Below are positions 45,226 through 54,821 of a stretch of 64,000 bases of DNA, one piece after another. Source of the stretch: an uncultured Candidatus Binatia bacterium (lineage in GTDB: Bacteria > Desulfobacterota > Binatia > UBA9968 > JAJDTQ01); assembly GCA_965215605.1 (NCBI GenBank), contig OZ244070.1:224001-288000 (forward strand), written 5' to 3'. How positions within the stretch are numbered: the first letter of the stretch is position 1; each line of letters opens with the position of its first letter. Position numbers and translations under genes: made by a program. The notes under the pieces were generated by a model. It saw only the letters and a list, made by a program, of their open reading frames with translations. It was not told the DNA's origin and made no database searches.

Positions 45226-46715
45226 GACGACGCCTTCCCTTTCCGGCTCGTCAACCACGGCAGACACAGCAGCAGGATACTCAGCAGCATCAGCACGATG
45301 GTGACGGGCCGGTTGAAGAAGATGGCATAGCTCCCCGCGGAGATCTGCAGCGACTGAACGAAGGACAACTCCGCGCGAACCCCCAGCAGAAAGCCGATGA
45401 CCAGCGTGACCAGCGAGAAACCGAACCGGTTGAACGCGAAGCCCATGATGCCCGCGGCGATGGCGATGCCGATGTCCCAGACGTTCTCCCGGGCGGCGTA
45501 GGCGCCGCCGACGGACAGCAGGAACGCGGCCGGGACCACGTATCCCACGCGCAGGGTGGTGACCCGGGCGAGGATGTCGGCGCCGAAGGCGGCCATGAGG
45601 CTCGCCAGGAAGTTGGAGATTACGAAACCGAAGATCAGCACGAACACGATGTCCATGTGCTCGCGCACGAAGAAGAAACCCGGCTGCAGTCCGTGGAGGA
45701 TGAAGGCGCCCAGGAGCACGGCCATGCCGGCGCTGCCGGGAATGCCGAAGATGATGGTGGGCAGCAGGGCGCCGCCGTCCTTGGCGTCGTTGGAGGCCTC
45801 GGAGGCGATGATGCCCTCGGCCGTGCCGGTGCCGAACTTTTCCGGGTTCTTGGAGAACTGCACGGCCATGGAGTAGGAGAGGAAGTTGGCCAGCACCCCG
45901 CCGATGCCTGGAATGATGCCCGCGAGGATGCCGATGGCCGAGCTCCGCACCAGCGTCACCTTGTAGTGGAAGACCTCCAGGAATCCCCTGAAGGCGCCGA
46001 ACAGGCCCACCTTGAGACGCTGGCCGCCCTCGGCGATGGTATCGCCCCGCAGCACATGGTTGACCAGCTCGGCGATGGCGAACAGCCCGATGAAGAACGG
46101 CACCAGCGGGATTCCGTCCCACAGGTAGTTGTCGCTGCCGAAGTTGAACCGGAGCACCCCGTGAACCGGGCTGAAGCCGATGAGGGACAGGAGCACGCCG
46201 ATGCCGGCGGACACGAGCCCCTTGAGCATGTTGCCCCGGGCGGCGTAGGCCACGGTGAGGAGGCCGAACACCACCAGCATGAAGAACTCGGGCGGGCCGA
46301 AGGACAGCACGATGATCTTCACGAAAGGGATCAGGATCATCAGGAAGCACATGCCGACGACGGCGCCCAGGAACGACGAGGCCGCGGCCAGCCCCACCGC
46401 CCGGCCCGCCTCGCCCCGGCGGGCCATGGGATGGCCGTCAAAGCAGGTGGCGGCGTTGGGCGCCTCACCTGGAATGTTCAACAGGATCGCGGGAACCGAC
46501 CCCCCTTCGGTGGCCGCCCCCATCATTCCCGCCATGAGGAACATGGCGGTCTCGGCGTCCCACCCGAAGGTGAATGTCATGCCGATGGTCAGGCCGGCCA
46601 GGAACAGTCCCGGGAGCGCTCCCAGGATCAGGCCGGACACCGCGCCCACGGCCAGCACCGCCAGGTTGGTGGGCTGGCTGAGCATGCCCAGGGCTTGGAG
46701 AAGAGGTTCCCACAT
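45222..46715 (-). CDS. tctA: tripartite tricarboxylate transporter TctA
   Basis: GALPGL, GGSVPAILLNIPG, DGHPMA..G, FGPPEFF, PTIIFGIPG. Confidence 0.9.
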   Translation of the reverse strand: MWEPLLQALGMLSQPTNLAVLAVGAVSGLILGALPGLFLAGLTIGMTFTFGWDAETAMFLMAGMMGAATEGGSVPAILLNIPGEAPNAATCFDGHPMARRGEAGRAVGLAAASSFLGAVVGMCFLMILIPFVKIIVLSFGPPEFFMLVVFGLLTVAYAARGNMLKGLVSAGIGVLLSLIGFSPVHGVLRFNFGSDNYLWDGIPLVPFFIGLFAIAELVNHVLRGDTIAEGGQRLKVGLFGAFRGFLEVFHYKVTLVRSSAIGILAGIIPGIGGVLANFLSYSMAVQFSKNPEKFGTGTAEGIIASEASNDAKDGGALLPTIIFGIPGSAGMAVLLGAFILHGLQPGFFFVREHMDIVFVLIFGFVISNFLASLMAAFGADILARVTTLRVGYVVPAAFLLSVGGAYAARENVWDIGIAIAAGIMGFAFNRFGFSLVTLVIGFLLGVRAELSFVQSLQISAGSYAIFFNRPVTIVLMLLSILLLCLPWLTSRKGKASS

Positions 46716-46810
46716 CGATTCGATCCTTGAACGCGGCCCTTACGGTTCCCGGGTGTTGTGCCGATGGCCCGCACCCCGAAACAGGGCGCGGGCCATCTGG
46801 AACCCGCCCC

Positions 46811-47794
46811 CTACTTGGCCTTGGCGGCTTTTTTCATCTCATCGAGATTCGCGCGGAACAGGTCCTCGTAGTACTTGAGGTCCTGGGCCACGCTGGAGCC
46901 CGGCCCCTCCACCAGCACGGCTGAGGCTTGCTTTTTCCAGTCGATGTAGAGTTGGTCCCTCATGGCCTTGAGCAGGACGTCCTCGAGAATCTTGGCGCGG
47001 TCCGCGGGGATTCCCGGAGGGCCGCCAAAGGCGCGCAGGTCGCTGAAAGAGAGGTTATGACCCGTCTCGTAGGAGGTCTTGACGTCGGGGGCGTTGACCG
47101 CGCGTTTCTTGTCCAGTTGGGCCACCGGCCGGAGATCGGTCCCGAGATACGAGATGACGGAGTTGTGGTCGATGGGCTGGGCCCACACGTCGAAGTCGCC
47201 GCGCAGGAGCGCGGGCAGCGACTCGCCGGTGCCGCGGTAGCCGGCCACCACGTGAAAATCGATGCCGTAGGCCTTGGCGGCCAGGAACGAGCCCATCCAG
47301 CGTCCGACGCCGATGCCTTCGACCCCCCAAGTAACGCGCTTGGCCTTCTGCAGGTCCTCAATGGACTTGTGGGGGCCCTTGGCCGAGACGTGCAGGCCGA
47401 ACGCATCCGCCCCCACCCGGGCGAGCCAAGTGAACTTGCTGGTCTCGAAGCCGACGGGCGTGTCCGACAGCATCTGGTCCCCGAGCATCCCGGAGGCCTG
47501 GAAGTGGGCGATGGTGTAGCCGTCGGGCTTGGCGCGGTACATGAACACCGAGGCGCGCCGGCCGGCGGCGCCGGTGACGTTCTTGACGATGACGTTGACG
47601 CCCTTGGGCAGGTACCGCTTCATGCTCCTGGCCACGGCACGGGCGATCCCGTCGTAACCTCCGCCGGGCGAGAACGGCACGATGATGGTGATATTGCGGT
47701 CGGGAAACGCGGCCTGGGCCTGGGACAACGGCAGGCTCGCGGCCAGACCGAGCACCGCGGCGCCCAACACGATTCTGGTTAGCAGATTGCGCAT
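46811..47794 (-). CDS. tctC: tripartite tricarboxylate transporter substrate-binding protein (Bug/TctC)
   Basis: Signal peptide, FP.RNITIIVPFSPGGGYD, AKPDGYT, YRGTGE. Confidence 0.9.
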   Translation of the reverse strand: MRNLLTRIVLGAAVLGLAASLPLSQAQAAFPDRNITIIVPFSPGGGYDGIARAVARSMKRYLPKGVNVIVKNVTGAAGRRASVFMYRAKPDGYTIAHFQASGMLGDQMLSDTPVGFETSKFTWLARVGADAFGLHVSAKGPHKSIEDLQKAKRVTWGVEGIGVGRWMGSFLAAKAYGIDFHVVAGYRGTGESLPALLRGDFDVWAQPIDHNSVISYLGTDLRPVAQLDKKRAVNAPDVKTSYETGHNLSFSDLRAFGGPPGIPADRAKILEDVLLKAMRDQLYIDWKKQASAVLVEGPGSSVAQDLKYYEDLFRANLDEMKKAAKAK

Positions 47795-48041
47795 GGTAAT
47801 CCTCCCGTGATTTCGTCGGAATCGTTTGCTGTCGGTTTCGATCAGTGTATGGGGCTAAAGTAACGTCGCTGGTTGCCGATATGGGAAAGAGGGCAATAAA
47901 GATGACCTTTTATGGGTGTACCCCTTACTTGTCAAGGGTCGCCCCCAAATTGTCTGTCGGAAGTGGCCGGAAACAAATGGGTTCGAGGGGCCGGGCGGCA
48001 AGCGCCGCGGGATCGGGCCATGGCCCCCTCGGAAGTTCATA

Positions 48042-48070
48042 TTGACTCGGGACGGCGCAAGCGATAAGGT
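48042..48070 (+). promoter_or_regulatory. sigma70 promoter of ssb
   Basis: TTGACT-N17-TAAGGT. Confidence 0.55.
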
Positions 48071-48109
48071 CCACGCAAGCTCCGTCTCAACCACCCTTGT
48101 GAGGTCGTC

Positions 48110-48535
48110 ATGGCAGTGAACATCGCAATCGTCGTCGGGAACCTTGGGAAGGATCCGGAGGTCCGTTTCACGCAGAGCGGACGCGCGGTAGCCAACTTCT
48201 CCGTCGCCACCTCCGATTCCTGGACCGGACAGGACGGCAACCGCCAGGAGCGCACCGAGTGGCACAACATCGTGGTGTGGGGCAAGCAGGCCGAGTCGTG
48301 CGGCCAGTACCTCGCCAAGGGACGGCAAGTCTTCGTCCAGGGCAGGATCCAGACCCGCAAGTGGACCGACCAGAACGGCCAGGACCGCTACACCACCGAG
48401 ATCGTCGCCCAGCGGGTCCAGTTCCTCGGCGGCGCCGGCGGTGCCCGTGCTTCCCAGGAGTCACAAGACCAGGGCTTCGGCGACCCCTCGCCGTCGTTCC
48501 AGCCGCCTGCCATCGACGACGACATCCCGTTCTGA
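48110..48535 (+). CDS. ssb: single-stranded DNA-binding protein
   Basis: [18 protein letters not shown]-terminal DDDIPF. Confidence 0.97.
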   Translation: MAVNIAIVVGNLGKDPEVRFTQSGRAVANFSVATSDSWTGQDGNRQERTEWHNIVVWGKQAESCGQYLAKGRQVFVQGRIQTRKWTDQNGQDRYTTEIVAQRVQFLGGAGGARASQESQDQGFGDPSPSFQPPAIDDDIPF

Positions 48536-48765
48536 CGCCCTCGCGTCCCGCATCCGAACCGCCCGGACCAGCCTCGACCCGGTTCCGTTCATACGTTCGC
48601 CCCCGAAGCGCCGCGGCACTCCCTCCCCCGTGCCGCCGTCATGGATTTGTTGGCCGGCCTGAAGCCGTGCGCTGAATTCACGTCCGAAACAATAACAGTA
48701 TCCATGTTTCACAATTGTCGGGATAAACCTCATTTGCAGATTTTTTGCCCTATTGGGTGGCTGCA

Positions 48766-49641
48766 ATGCGCAAGAAGAGTGTCCCGCCAGATCCGCGTCA
48801 TCCCAGGAGCCAGATCAGAGACTTCATCGACGACGAGAAATCCCTCGGACGGGCAAAGAAGGGACAGATCGCGGCGGCCATCGGCATCCGGCCCAGCCAC
48901 TTCTCGAATCTGCTGAACGGAAGGAACGAGTGGAAGCTCACTCACCTTCACAAATTGGCGGAATTTCTCGGCGTACCCTTGGCACGGCTGTTCGAAGAAC
49001 GCGGCAGGGAGGCTGGAGCCGACTCTCGCGGGGAAGGGCAAACGGCCTCTATCGAAGCCTCTATCGAAGAGAGTATCGTCCGCATCCTTCAGACCGAGGC
49101 AAGGTCATTGCGAGGGGCGTTGCGCGAGGATCTGGCCGCGCTTCTGCGCGAGCGCGATGCGGACAAGCATGAATTCACCGGCGAGGCGATAACGGTCGCC
49201 GAGACGCCCGTCGTCTACACGGATACGTCCGCGGACCGTTCCGTTGCCCGTGCGGTGCAGATCGGGGAGTTTGACGCCGCGTACGACGGGGCGGCCTTGT
49301 CCTCCCTCGCCACGCCGGAAACCCTCTGGTTCGGACGCGACTGGTTTCGCCGGCAAGGACTGGATCCTTCCCGCTGCCTGGTGCTCAGGGTCCACGGCGA
49401 TTCCATGGAACCCACGCTGCCCGCGAACTGTTGGGTGCTGGTGAATCGGGCTCAGCGGAGGAGGCGGGCGGGACGCATCTACGCACTGCGCACCGCGCAA
49501 CGTCTCACGATCAAGCGCGCCGCCAGGGACAAGGCGCGGGGATGGTTGCTGGCAAGCGATCAACCGGGCCGGGAAGACGTCGCATGGCCCGATGACGCCG
49601 AGATCATCGGCGAGGTGCGGTGGATGGCGCGCACGTTCTGA
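48766..49641 (+). CDS. XRE-HTH + S24 peptidase (CI/LexA-like) regulator
   Basis: KGQIAAAIGIRPSHFSNLLNGRNEW HTH; VHGDSMEPTL (Ser), TIKR (Lys), IIGEVRW. Confidence 0.85.
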   Translation: MRKKSVPPDPRHPRSQIRDFIDDEKSLGRAKKGQIAAAIGIRPSHFSNLLNGRNEWKLTHLHKLAEFLGVPLARLFEERGREAGADSRGEGQTASIEASIEESIVRILQTEARSLRGALREDLAALLRERDADKHEFTGEAITVAETPVVYTDTSADRSVARAVQIGEFDAAYDGAALSSLATPETLWFGRDWFRRQGLDPSRCLVLRVHGDSMEPTLPANCWVLVNRAQRRRRAGRIYALRTAQRLTIKRAARDKARGWLLASDQPGREDVAWPDDAEIIGEVRWMARTF

Positions 49642-49754
49642 CAGGCCACCCCAAAGACTTCCTCACCCGAACCGCACGTACACCGGGACCGCCCCGCCCA
49701 CGGTCAGCACCGCGCCGGCCGGAACCCGCCATGGCCGACCGGGAGGACGCGACC

Positions 49755-49783
49755 TTGACCCCGGACCCCGCGGGTTGTAAGAA
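49755..49783 (+). promoter_or_regulatory. putative sigma70 promoter
   Basis: TTGACC-N17-TAAGAA upstream of 49867. Confidence 0.4.
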
Positions 49784-49866
49784 AAATCCTGAGCCGCCCA
49801 CGGACGCCGGCAGGCGGGCCGGGTGCGGACGGACTCGCATTCCGCACCCGAAAGGAGAGCGAAGAC

Positions 49867-50778
49867 ATGGCTGAACTGGTCAAGATAAACGTGGAGAGCG
49901 CCGAGGCGGTGCTCGGACTTCACTGGTTCGTGGCGCAGGAGGAGGGGTTGTTCGAAGAAGAAGGCATGGAGGTCGAAATCTTCCTGCCGGGCGTGCGCGA
50001 GACCAGGTTCGCCGACGACGATCCGCGCCGCACCGACCACACCCTGGTGAAGTCCACCAACTACCAGTTCCTGTACGAGCAGAAGAAGGTGGACATCATG
50101 CGGGCCTGCTCATGGGGACAGGTGCGGCGGGCCTACGACAGCGAGCGCGGCGCACCCATCTGGACCAAGCGCCCGGCAGTGGTCTGCCAGGGCATCTACG
50201 TCCTGCCCGACTCGCCGGTGAACGCGCCCATGCAGCTCGCCAACAAGAGCGTCGGCGTCCAGTACCACCAGGGATCGCACTACCACACGCTGTCCCTGCT
50301 GGAGGGCTTCGTCGCCCGGGACGAGATGAACGTGGTGCATGCCGGCACGGTGCACGAGCGGTTCGCGGCGCTGGAGAACGGCGAGGTGGACGCGGCCACC
50401 CTCATGGAGCCGTGGATCTCGCTGGCCCAGAAGCGCGGTTACAAGATGATTACCGAGGGCCACTACCTGGGGGTCGAGAACGGACCCGCCGACATGGACC
50501 CCGAGCTGCTCAAGCGCATGCTGCGGGCCATCAAGAAGTCCGTCGCCTACATCAACAAGAACCCCAGGAAGTACATCAAGCACATGCTGGCCGAGATCCC
50601 GGAGCACTACGCCAACGAGCTCACCCCGGACGACTTCTACCTGCCGCGGCTGCGCTACGTCGACCCGGAGCCCTACACCGAGGAAGAGTTCGAACGCCAG
50701 TACAAGTGGATGCTGACCTGGAACCTGATTCCCGAGGATGCGGACTACACCGAATTGGTGTGCAACGTGACCGTCTAG
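49867..50778 (+). CDS. NMT1/THI5/SsuA-like binding-fold protein (no signal peptide)
   Basis: FVAQEEGLFEEEGMEVE, LANKSVGV, GEVDAATLMEPW. Confidence 0.7.
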   Translation: MAELVKINVESAEAVLGLHWFVAQEEGLFEEEGMEVEIFLPGVRETRFADDDPRRTDHTLVKSTNYQFLYEQKKVDIMRACSWGQVRRAYDSERGAPIWTKRPAVVCQGIYVLPDSPVNAPMQLANKSVGVQYHQGSHYHTLSLLEGFVARDEMNVVHAGTVHERFAALENGEVDAATLMEPWISLAQKRGYKMITEGHYLGVENGPADMDPELLKRMLRAIKKSVAYINKNPRKYIKHMLAEIPEHYANELTPDDFYLPRLRYVDPEPYTEEEFERQYKWMLTWNLIPEDADYTELVCNVTV

Positions 50779-50806
50779 ACGTAACGGTCCAGGAAAGACG
50801 ATGACG

Positions 50807-50841
50807 AAGGCCCGCGCCTCACTTCGAGGCGCGGGCCTTTT
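50807..50841 (+). terminator. Rho-independent terminator overlapping the 3' end of the convergent coxL-like gene
   Basis: aaggcccgcgcctc-acttc-gaggcgcgggcctttt. Confidence 0.8.
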
Positions 50842-53221
50842 CGATTTCCGTCCACACCCGCTCGGGCGTGAGCGGGAGGTGGTCGAAGGTGCAGCCCAGC
50901 GGCGCCAGCGCGTTCTCCACCGCGTTGCAGATGGCCGCGGGGGCGGGAATGGCGCCGCCCTCCCCCACCCCTTTCATCCCCAGAGGCGTATACGGCGACG
51001 GCGTCACCAGGTGGTCCATGCGCACGTCGGGGATCTCCACCGCGGTGGGTTTCAGGTAGTCCACAAAGGTGGTGGCCTTGAGGTTGCCCTCCGCATCGTA
51101 GTCGAATTCCTCGAACAGCGCCGCGCCGATGCCATGGGCGGTGGCGCCCTGCACCAGCCCCTCGACGATGGACGGGTTGAGCACGGTACCGCAGTCGTGC
51201 ACCACGCCGTACTTGAGGATGGTGACGCCGCCGGTGCCGGGGTCCACCTCGACGATGACGCCGTGGGCGGCGTTGCTGGCGAAGAGCTGGTTCCGCACCC
51301 GGCGGTTCTCGTCGGGCACGTTGGCAATGTCCGGCTTGTAGTAGAAGCGGCCCTCCAGGCCGGGCTCCATGTCCGGGGGCAGCGACAGCAGGTCGCGGTA
51401 GGCCACGAAGGCCAGCTCGGCCAGGGTCTTGCGATGCTCGTGACGCTCGCGGGAGCGCACGCAGCCCTCGGCCAGTTCCAGTTGGTCCACCGGCTCCTCC
51501 AACAGGTGGGCCGCCAACTCCAGCAGCTTGCCGCGTACCTTGCGCGCGGCCCCGAGGATGGCGCCCACGTCCGTGCCGGCGAACTTGTTGGAGTAGTTGC
51601 CGGTGGCGTAGAGCCAGGGCGTCACCGAGGAGTCGAAGAAAGGCGACACCCGGACGCCGTCCATGGCCACGCCCAACTCGTCGGCGACGATCTGCGCCGC
51701 GGCAGTCTCGTGCCCCTGGCCGCTGCCCACGTCCCCCAGCAGCACCAGGATGCTGCCGTCGTGCTCCACACGCACCATGGCCGCCTCGGCCGCGCCCGAC
51801 GCGCTGCGCCGCCCGGACGACAGCATGTAGGCCGAGGCGTTGGAGGTGCTGGGCTCCAGTCCGATGGCGATGCCGATGCCGAGATACCGTCCCTGGGCAC
51901 GGGCCTCCCGCTGCTCCCGGAGAAAGTCCTGGTAGTCGATGAGCGGCAAGAGCTTGTCCAGGGTGCCGGCGAAGTCGCCGCTGTCGATCAGCGCGCCGCT
52001 GGGGCCGGTGTAGGGCATGGCCTCGGGCGGCACCAGGTTCCTGCGCCGCAACTCGATGGGGTCCATGCCGAGTTGCCCGGCCATGTAGTCCATCATCCGC
52101 TCCATGGCCAGACACATGAACGGCTTGCCGATGCCCCGGTTGGCGCCCGACGGGCACTTGTTGGTCATCACCGAGTTGACCTCGTAGCGCACCACCGGGA
52201 TGCGGTAGCAGTTGGTGAGGTTGCCGAGCTTCAGGATCGAATGCACCGTGGGGTTCAGGACGTTGGCGCCCTCGTCGGCGATGTCCCGCACCTTCAGGCC
52301 GAGGATGTGGCCGTCCTCGTCCAGCGCCGCCTCCAGGTCCATGACCCCGTTGCAGGCGTGGATCAACGCCATGAGGTTCTCGCGGCGGTCCTCCAGGTAG
52401 TGCGCCGGCTTGCCGCCGCTCAGCCTGGACAGGAGCGCCGCGATGATCAGGTAGTGGGCCTTGCGCTTGTTGCCGAAGCCGCCGCCCACGTCGGGCGTGA
52501 CGAAACGGATCTGGGAGTGGGTGAGGCCCAGGCTGTGGGCGACGATGGGCATGGCCTGGCCAGGCCGCTGGTCGTTGGACCAGATGGTGAGTTGTTCCCG
52601 GTGGTCGTCGTAGACCGCGGTGCAGCCGAAGGTCTCAAGCGCGGTGGAGGAGTACCGCTGGATGAAGAAGCGCTTCTTCAACACCCGGGCGGCGCGGCCG
52701 AAGGCCTCGTCGGCGTCGCCGTAGTCGAAGCGGTCCTGCCACATGACGTTGGTGCCCATGGACTCGAACAGGAGCGGCGCGTCCGGCTCCATGGCCGCCT
52801 CGGGGTCCACCGCCGCGGGCAGCGGCTCGTATTCCACCCGGATCTTCTCCAGCGCGTCTTCCGCCAGGTATCGGCTGGCGGCCAGGATGGCGGCCACCGG
52901 CTCGCCCACGTGGGTCACCTTGCCGTAGGCCAGGCAGTAGGCGTCGAGCTGGACGGGAATGGGGATGAGGGAGCGGAGCGGCTCGCTCATGCGCGCCGCG
53001 TCCTCGCCGGTGAGGCCGCACACCACGCCGGGCATGGCCAGCGCCTCGCTCAAGTCCACCTCCCGGATGCGGGCGTGAGCGTGGACGCTCCGCAGCAACG
53101 CGACGTGGAGCGTGTCCGGGAACTTCATGTCGTCGATGTAGGTGCCCCGGCCGGTGGAAAATCTCAGGTCCTCGCGGAGCCGAACCGCCTGACCCTTCCA
53201 TTGCGTGGAGGATGCTTCCAT
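50819..53221 (-). CDS. xanthine dehydrogenase/CoxL-family molybdopterin-binding subunit
   Basis: REDLRF..GRG.Y, GGGFGNK, ANRGIGK, GQGHET, KGVGEGG. Confidence 0.92.
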   Translation of the reverse strand: MEASSTQWKGQAVRLREDLRFSTGRGTYIDDMKFPDTLHVALLRSVHAHARIREVDLSEALAMPGVVCGLTGEDAARMSEPLRSLIPIPVQLDAYCLAYGKVTHVGEPVAAILAASRYLAEDALEKIRVEYEPLPAAVDPEAAMEPDAPLLFESMGTNVMWQDRFDYGDADEAFGRAARVLKKRFFIQRYSSTALETFGCTAVYDDHREQLTIWSNDQRPGQAMPIVAHSLGLTHSQIRFVTPDVGGGFGNKRKAHYLIIAALLSRLSGGKPAHYLEDRRENLMALIHACNGVMDLEAALDEDGHILGLKVRDIADEGANVLNPTVHSILKLGNLTNCYRIPVVRYEVNSVMTNKCPSGANRGIGKPFMCLAMERMMDYMAGQLGMDPIELRRRNLVPPEAMPYTGPSGALIDSGDFAGTLDKLLPLIDYQDFLREQREARAQGRYLGIGIAIGLEPSTSNASAYMLSSGRRSASGAAEAAMVRVEHDGSILVLLGDVGSGQGHETAAAQIVADELGVAMDGVRVSPFFDSSVTPWLYATGNYSNKFAGTDVGAILGAARKVRGKLLELAAHLLEEPVDQLELAEGCVRSRERHEHRKTLAELAFVAYRDLLSLPPDMEPGLEGRFYYKPDIANVPDENRRVRNQLFASNAAHGVIVEVDPGTGGVTILKYGVVHDCGTVLNPSIVEGLVQGATAHGIGAALFEEFDYDAEGNLKATTFVDYLKPTAVEIPDVRMDHLVTPSPYTPLGMKGVGEGGAIPAPAAICNAVENALAPLGCTFDHLPLTPERVWTEIEKARASK

Positions 53222-53230
53222 CGGAAACGA

Positions 53231-53731
53231 TCAGCCTTTCATGCGCGGCGCGGCGGCGCGCACCGCCCGGATGATGCCGGCATAACCGGTGCACATGCAG
53301 AGATTGCCGGACAGGGCCTCGCGCACCTGAACCTCGGTGGGGTCGGGGCAGCGCTTCAGCAGGTCCACGGCGGCCAGCAGCATGCCCGGCGTGCAGAAGC
53401 CGCACTGGAGCGCGTGGTGGTCCACGAACGCCTGTTGCAGCGGGCTCAACTCCTCCTCGCCGCCGAGGCCCTCCACCGTGACGATCTCGTGACCGTCCGC
53501 CTGCACCGCGAAGAGGATGCACGACCGGATCACCTCGCCGTCCATCAGCACCGAGCAGGCGCCGCAGACGCCGTGCTCGCAGCCCACGTGGACGCCGGTG
53601 AAGCCCGCATCCTCCCGCAGGAAATCGGCGAGGGTCTTGCGCACCTCCACCTCGCCCTGCCAGCGCGTTCCGTTAACCGTCACCGAAATGGCGCGCCTGT
53701 CCGCCGGTTGATCCGTCAATTGCGACTCCAT
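53231..53731 (-). CDS. 2Fe-2S subunit (CoxS family)
   Basis: GCEHGVCGAC, QCGFCTPG, NLCMCTGY. Confidence 0.92.
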   Translation of the reverse strand: MESQLTDQPADRRAISVTVNGTRWQGEVEVRKTLADFLREDAGFTGVHVGCEHGVCGACSVLMDGEVIRSCILFAVQADGHEIVTVEGLGGEEELSPLQQAFVDHHALQCGFCTPGMLLAAVDLLKRCPDPTEVQVREALSGNLCMCTGYAGIIRAVRAAAPRMKG

Positions 53732-54597
53732 CGCTCCAGCGCCTGGGCCACCGCGCGCTTCACCAGCACCGCGGCAAGCCGGCGCTGGTAGGGGGTGGCG
53801 TCGGCGTGGACCGGCAGTTCTTCCAGCGCCGCTGCCGCAATCCCTTCCACCTCTTCCACCACTTCGCGTTGCCGGGCATCGTCAGCCCCGGAAACCCCAG
53901 CCGTCGCCACCAGACGCTCCACCGCACCGAGCCGGGAAGGCGTCCAGGCCGGCCCCGCCGCCGCCACCCGCGCTCCGCTCACGGTTCCGTTGCCCTCCAG
54001 CACCACGGCGGCCTCCGCCAAGGCGAAGTCGCCGTGACGGCGGCTGAACTCCACGAAGCTCGCGGCCGGCGGCGCCACCGGCACCCTCACCTCCACCAGG
54101 ATCTCCCCGGATGACAGCGCCGTCTCGTAGGGCCCAAGGAAGAACTCGCCGGCGCCTACCACCCGTTCACCTCCCGCGCCGGCCAGCACCAGATCGGCTC
54201 CCAGTGCCATCATCACGCAGGGCAGTTCCGCTACAGGATCGGCGTGGGCCAAGCTGCCGCCGACGGTGCCGCGGTTGCGGATGGCCGGATGCCCCACCTG
54301 GGTCAGCGCCTCGACGATGATCGGACAGCGCTCCGCCAGCAGCGCCGAGAACTCCGCCTCCCGCTGCCGGGTCATGGCGCCGATGCGGAGCCGGTCGCCG
54401 TCCTCGCGAATATAGGAAAGACCATCCACCCGATTCAGATCCACCAGGACCTCGGGATAGGCCAGCCGCAGGTTGAGCAGCGGAACCAGGCTCTGGCCCC
54501 CGGCCAGGACGCGCGCATCCCCCGGCGCTTCCCGCAGGAGATCCAGCGCTTCGGACAGGGACCGGGGCGTATGGTAACGGAACGGCGGCGGTTTCAT
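53716..54597 (-). CDS. FAD-binding subunit (CoxM family)
   Basis: MKPPPFRY, LAGGQSLVP, IRNRGTVGGS, RRHGDFA. Confidence 0.92.
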   Translation of the reverse strand: MKPPPFRYHTPRSLSEALDLLREAPGDARVLAGGQSLVPLLNLRLAYPEVLVDLNRVDGLSYIREDGDRLRIGAMTRQREAEFSALLAERCPIIVEALTQVGHPAIRNRGTVGGSLAHADPVAELPCVMMALGADLVLAGAGGERVVGAGEFFLGPYETALSSGEILVEVRVPVAPPAASFVEFSRRHGDFALAEAAVVLEGNGTVSGARVAAAGPAWTPSRLGAVERLVATAGVSGADDARQREVVEEVEGIAAAALEELPVHADATPYQRRLAAVLVKRAVAQALERWSRN

Positions 54598-54712
54598 GAC
54601 GGGAGGCTTACAGGAATTGCGAAAAGTGACAGGGTGCAGACACAGCAAGCTACCGTAGCGGCCCTCGTAACGGCCGTCAAGTACCAGCTTGGGCGATCCC
54701 GGTCCCCTCTCC

Positions 54713-54739
54713 GTCATCCCGGGCTCGACCCGGGATCCA
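54713..54739. repeat. REP-like palindrome (GTCATCCCGGG...CCCGGGATCCA)
   Basis: atcccggg-ctcga-cccgggat hairpin in an intergenic region. Confidence 0.6.
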
Positions 54740-54821
54740 GAGGTGGGTGTGATGAGAGGGGGCGGCTCTCCCGGCTGCCTCGTTTGCCTATGCCCTCCGT
54801 ATCGGCTAGACGGGAATCTGC

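Noticed and set aside
48110-49641. Prophage (ssb + CI-like repressor)
   Set aside because: ssb looks like the host gene; no integrase, cro, replication or structural genes.
5112-53791. Very long antisense ORFs (e.g. 5112..7325, 8351..10543, 14063..17038, 50801..53791)
   Set aside because: They mirror well-supported genes on the opposite strand, as expected from high-GC codon bias, and contain no recognisable motifs.
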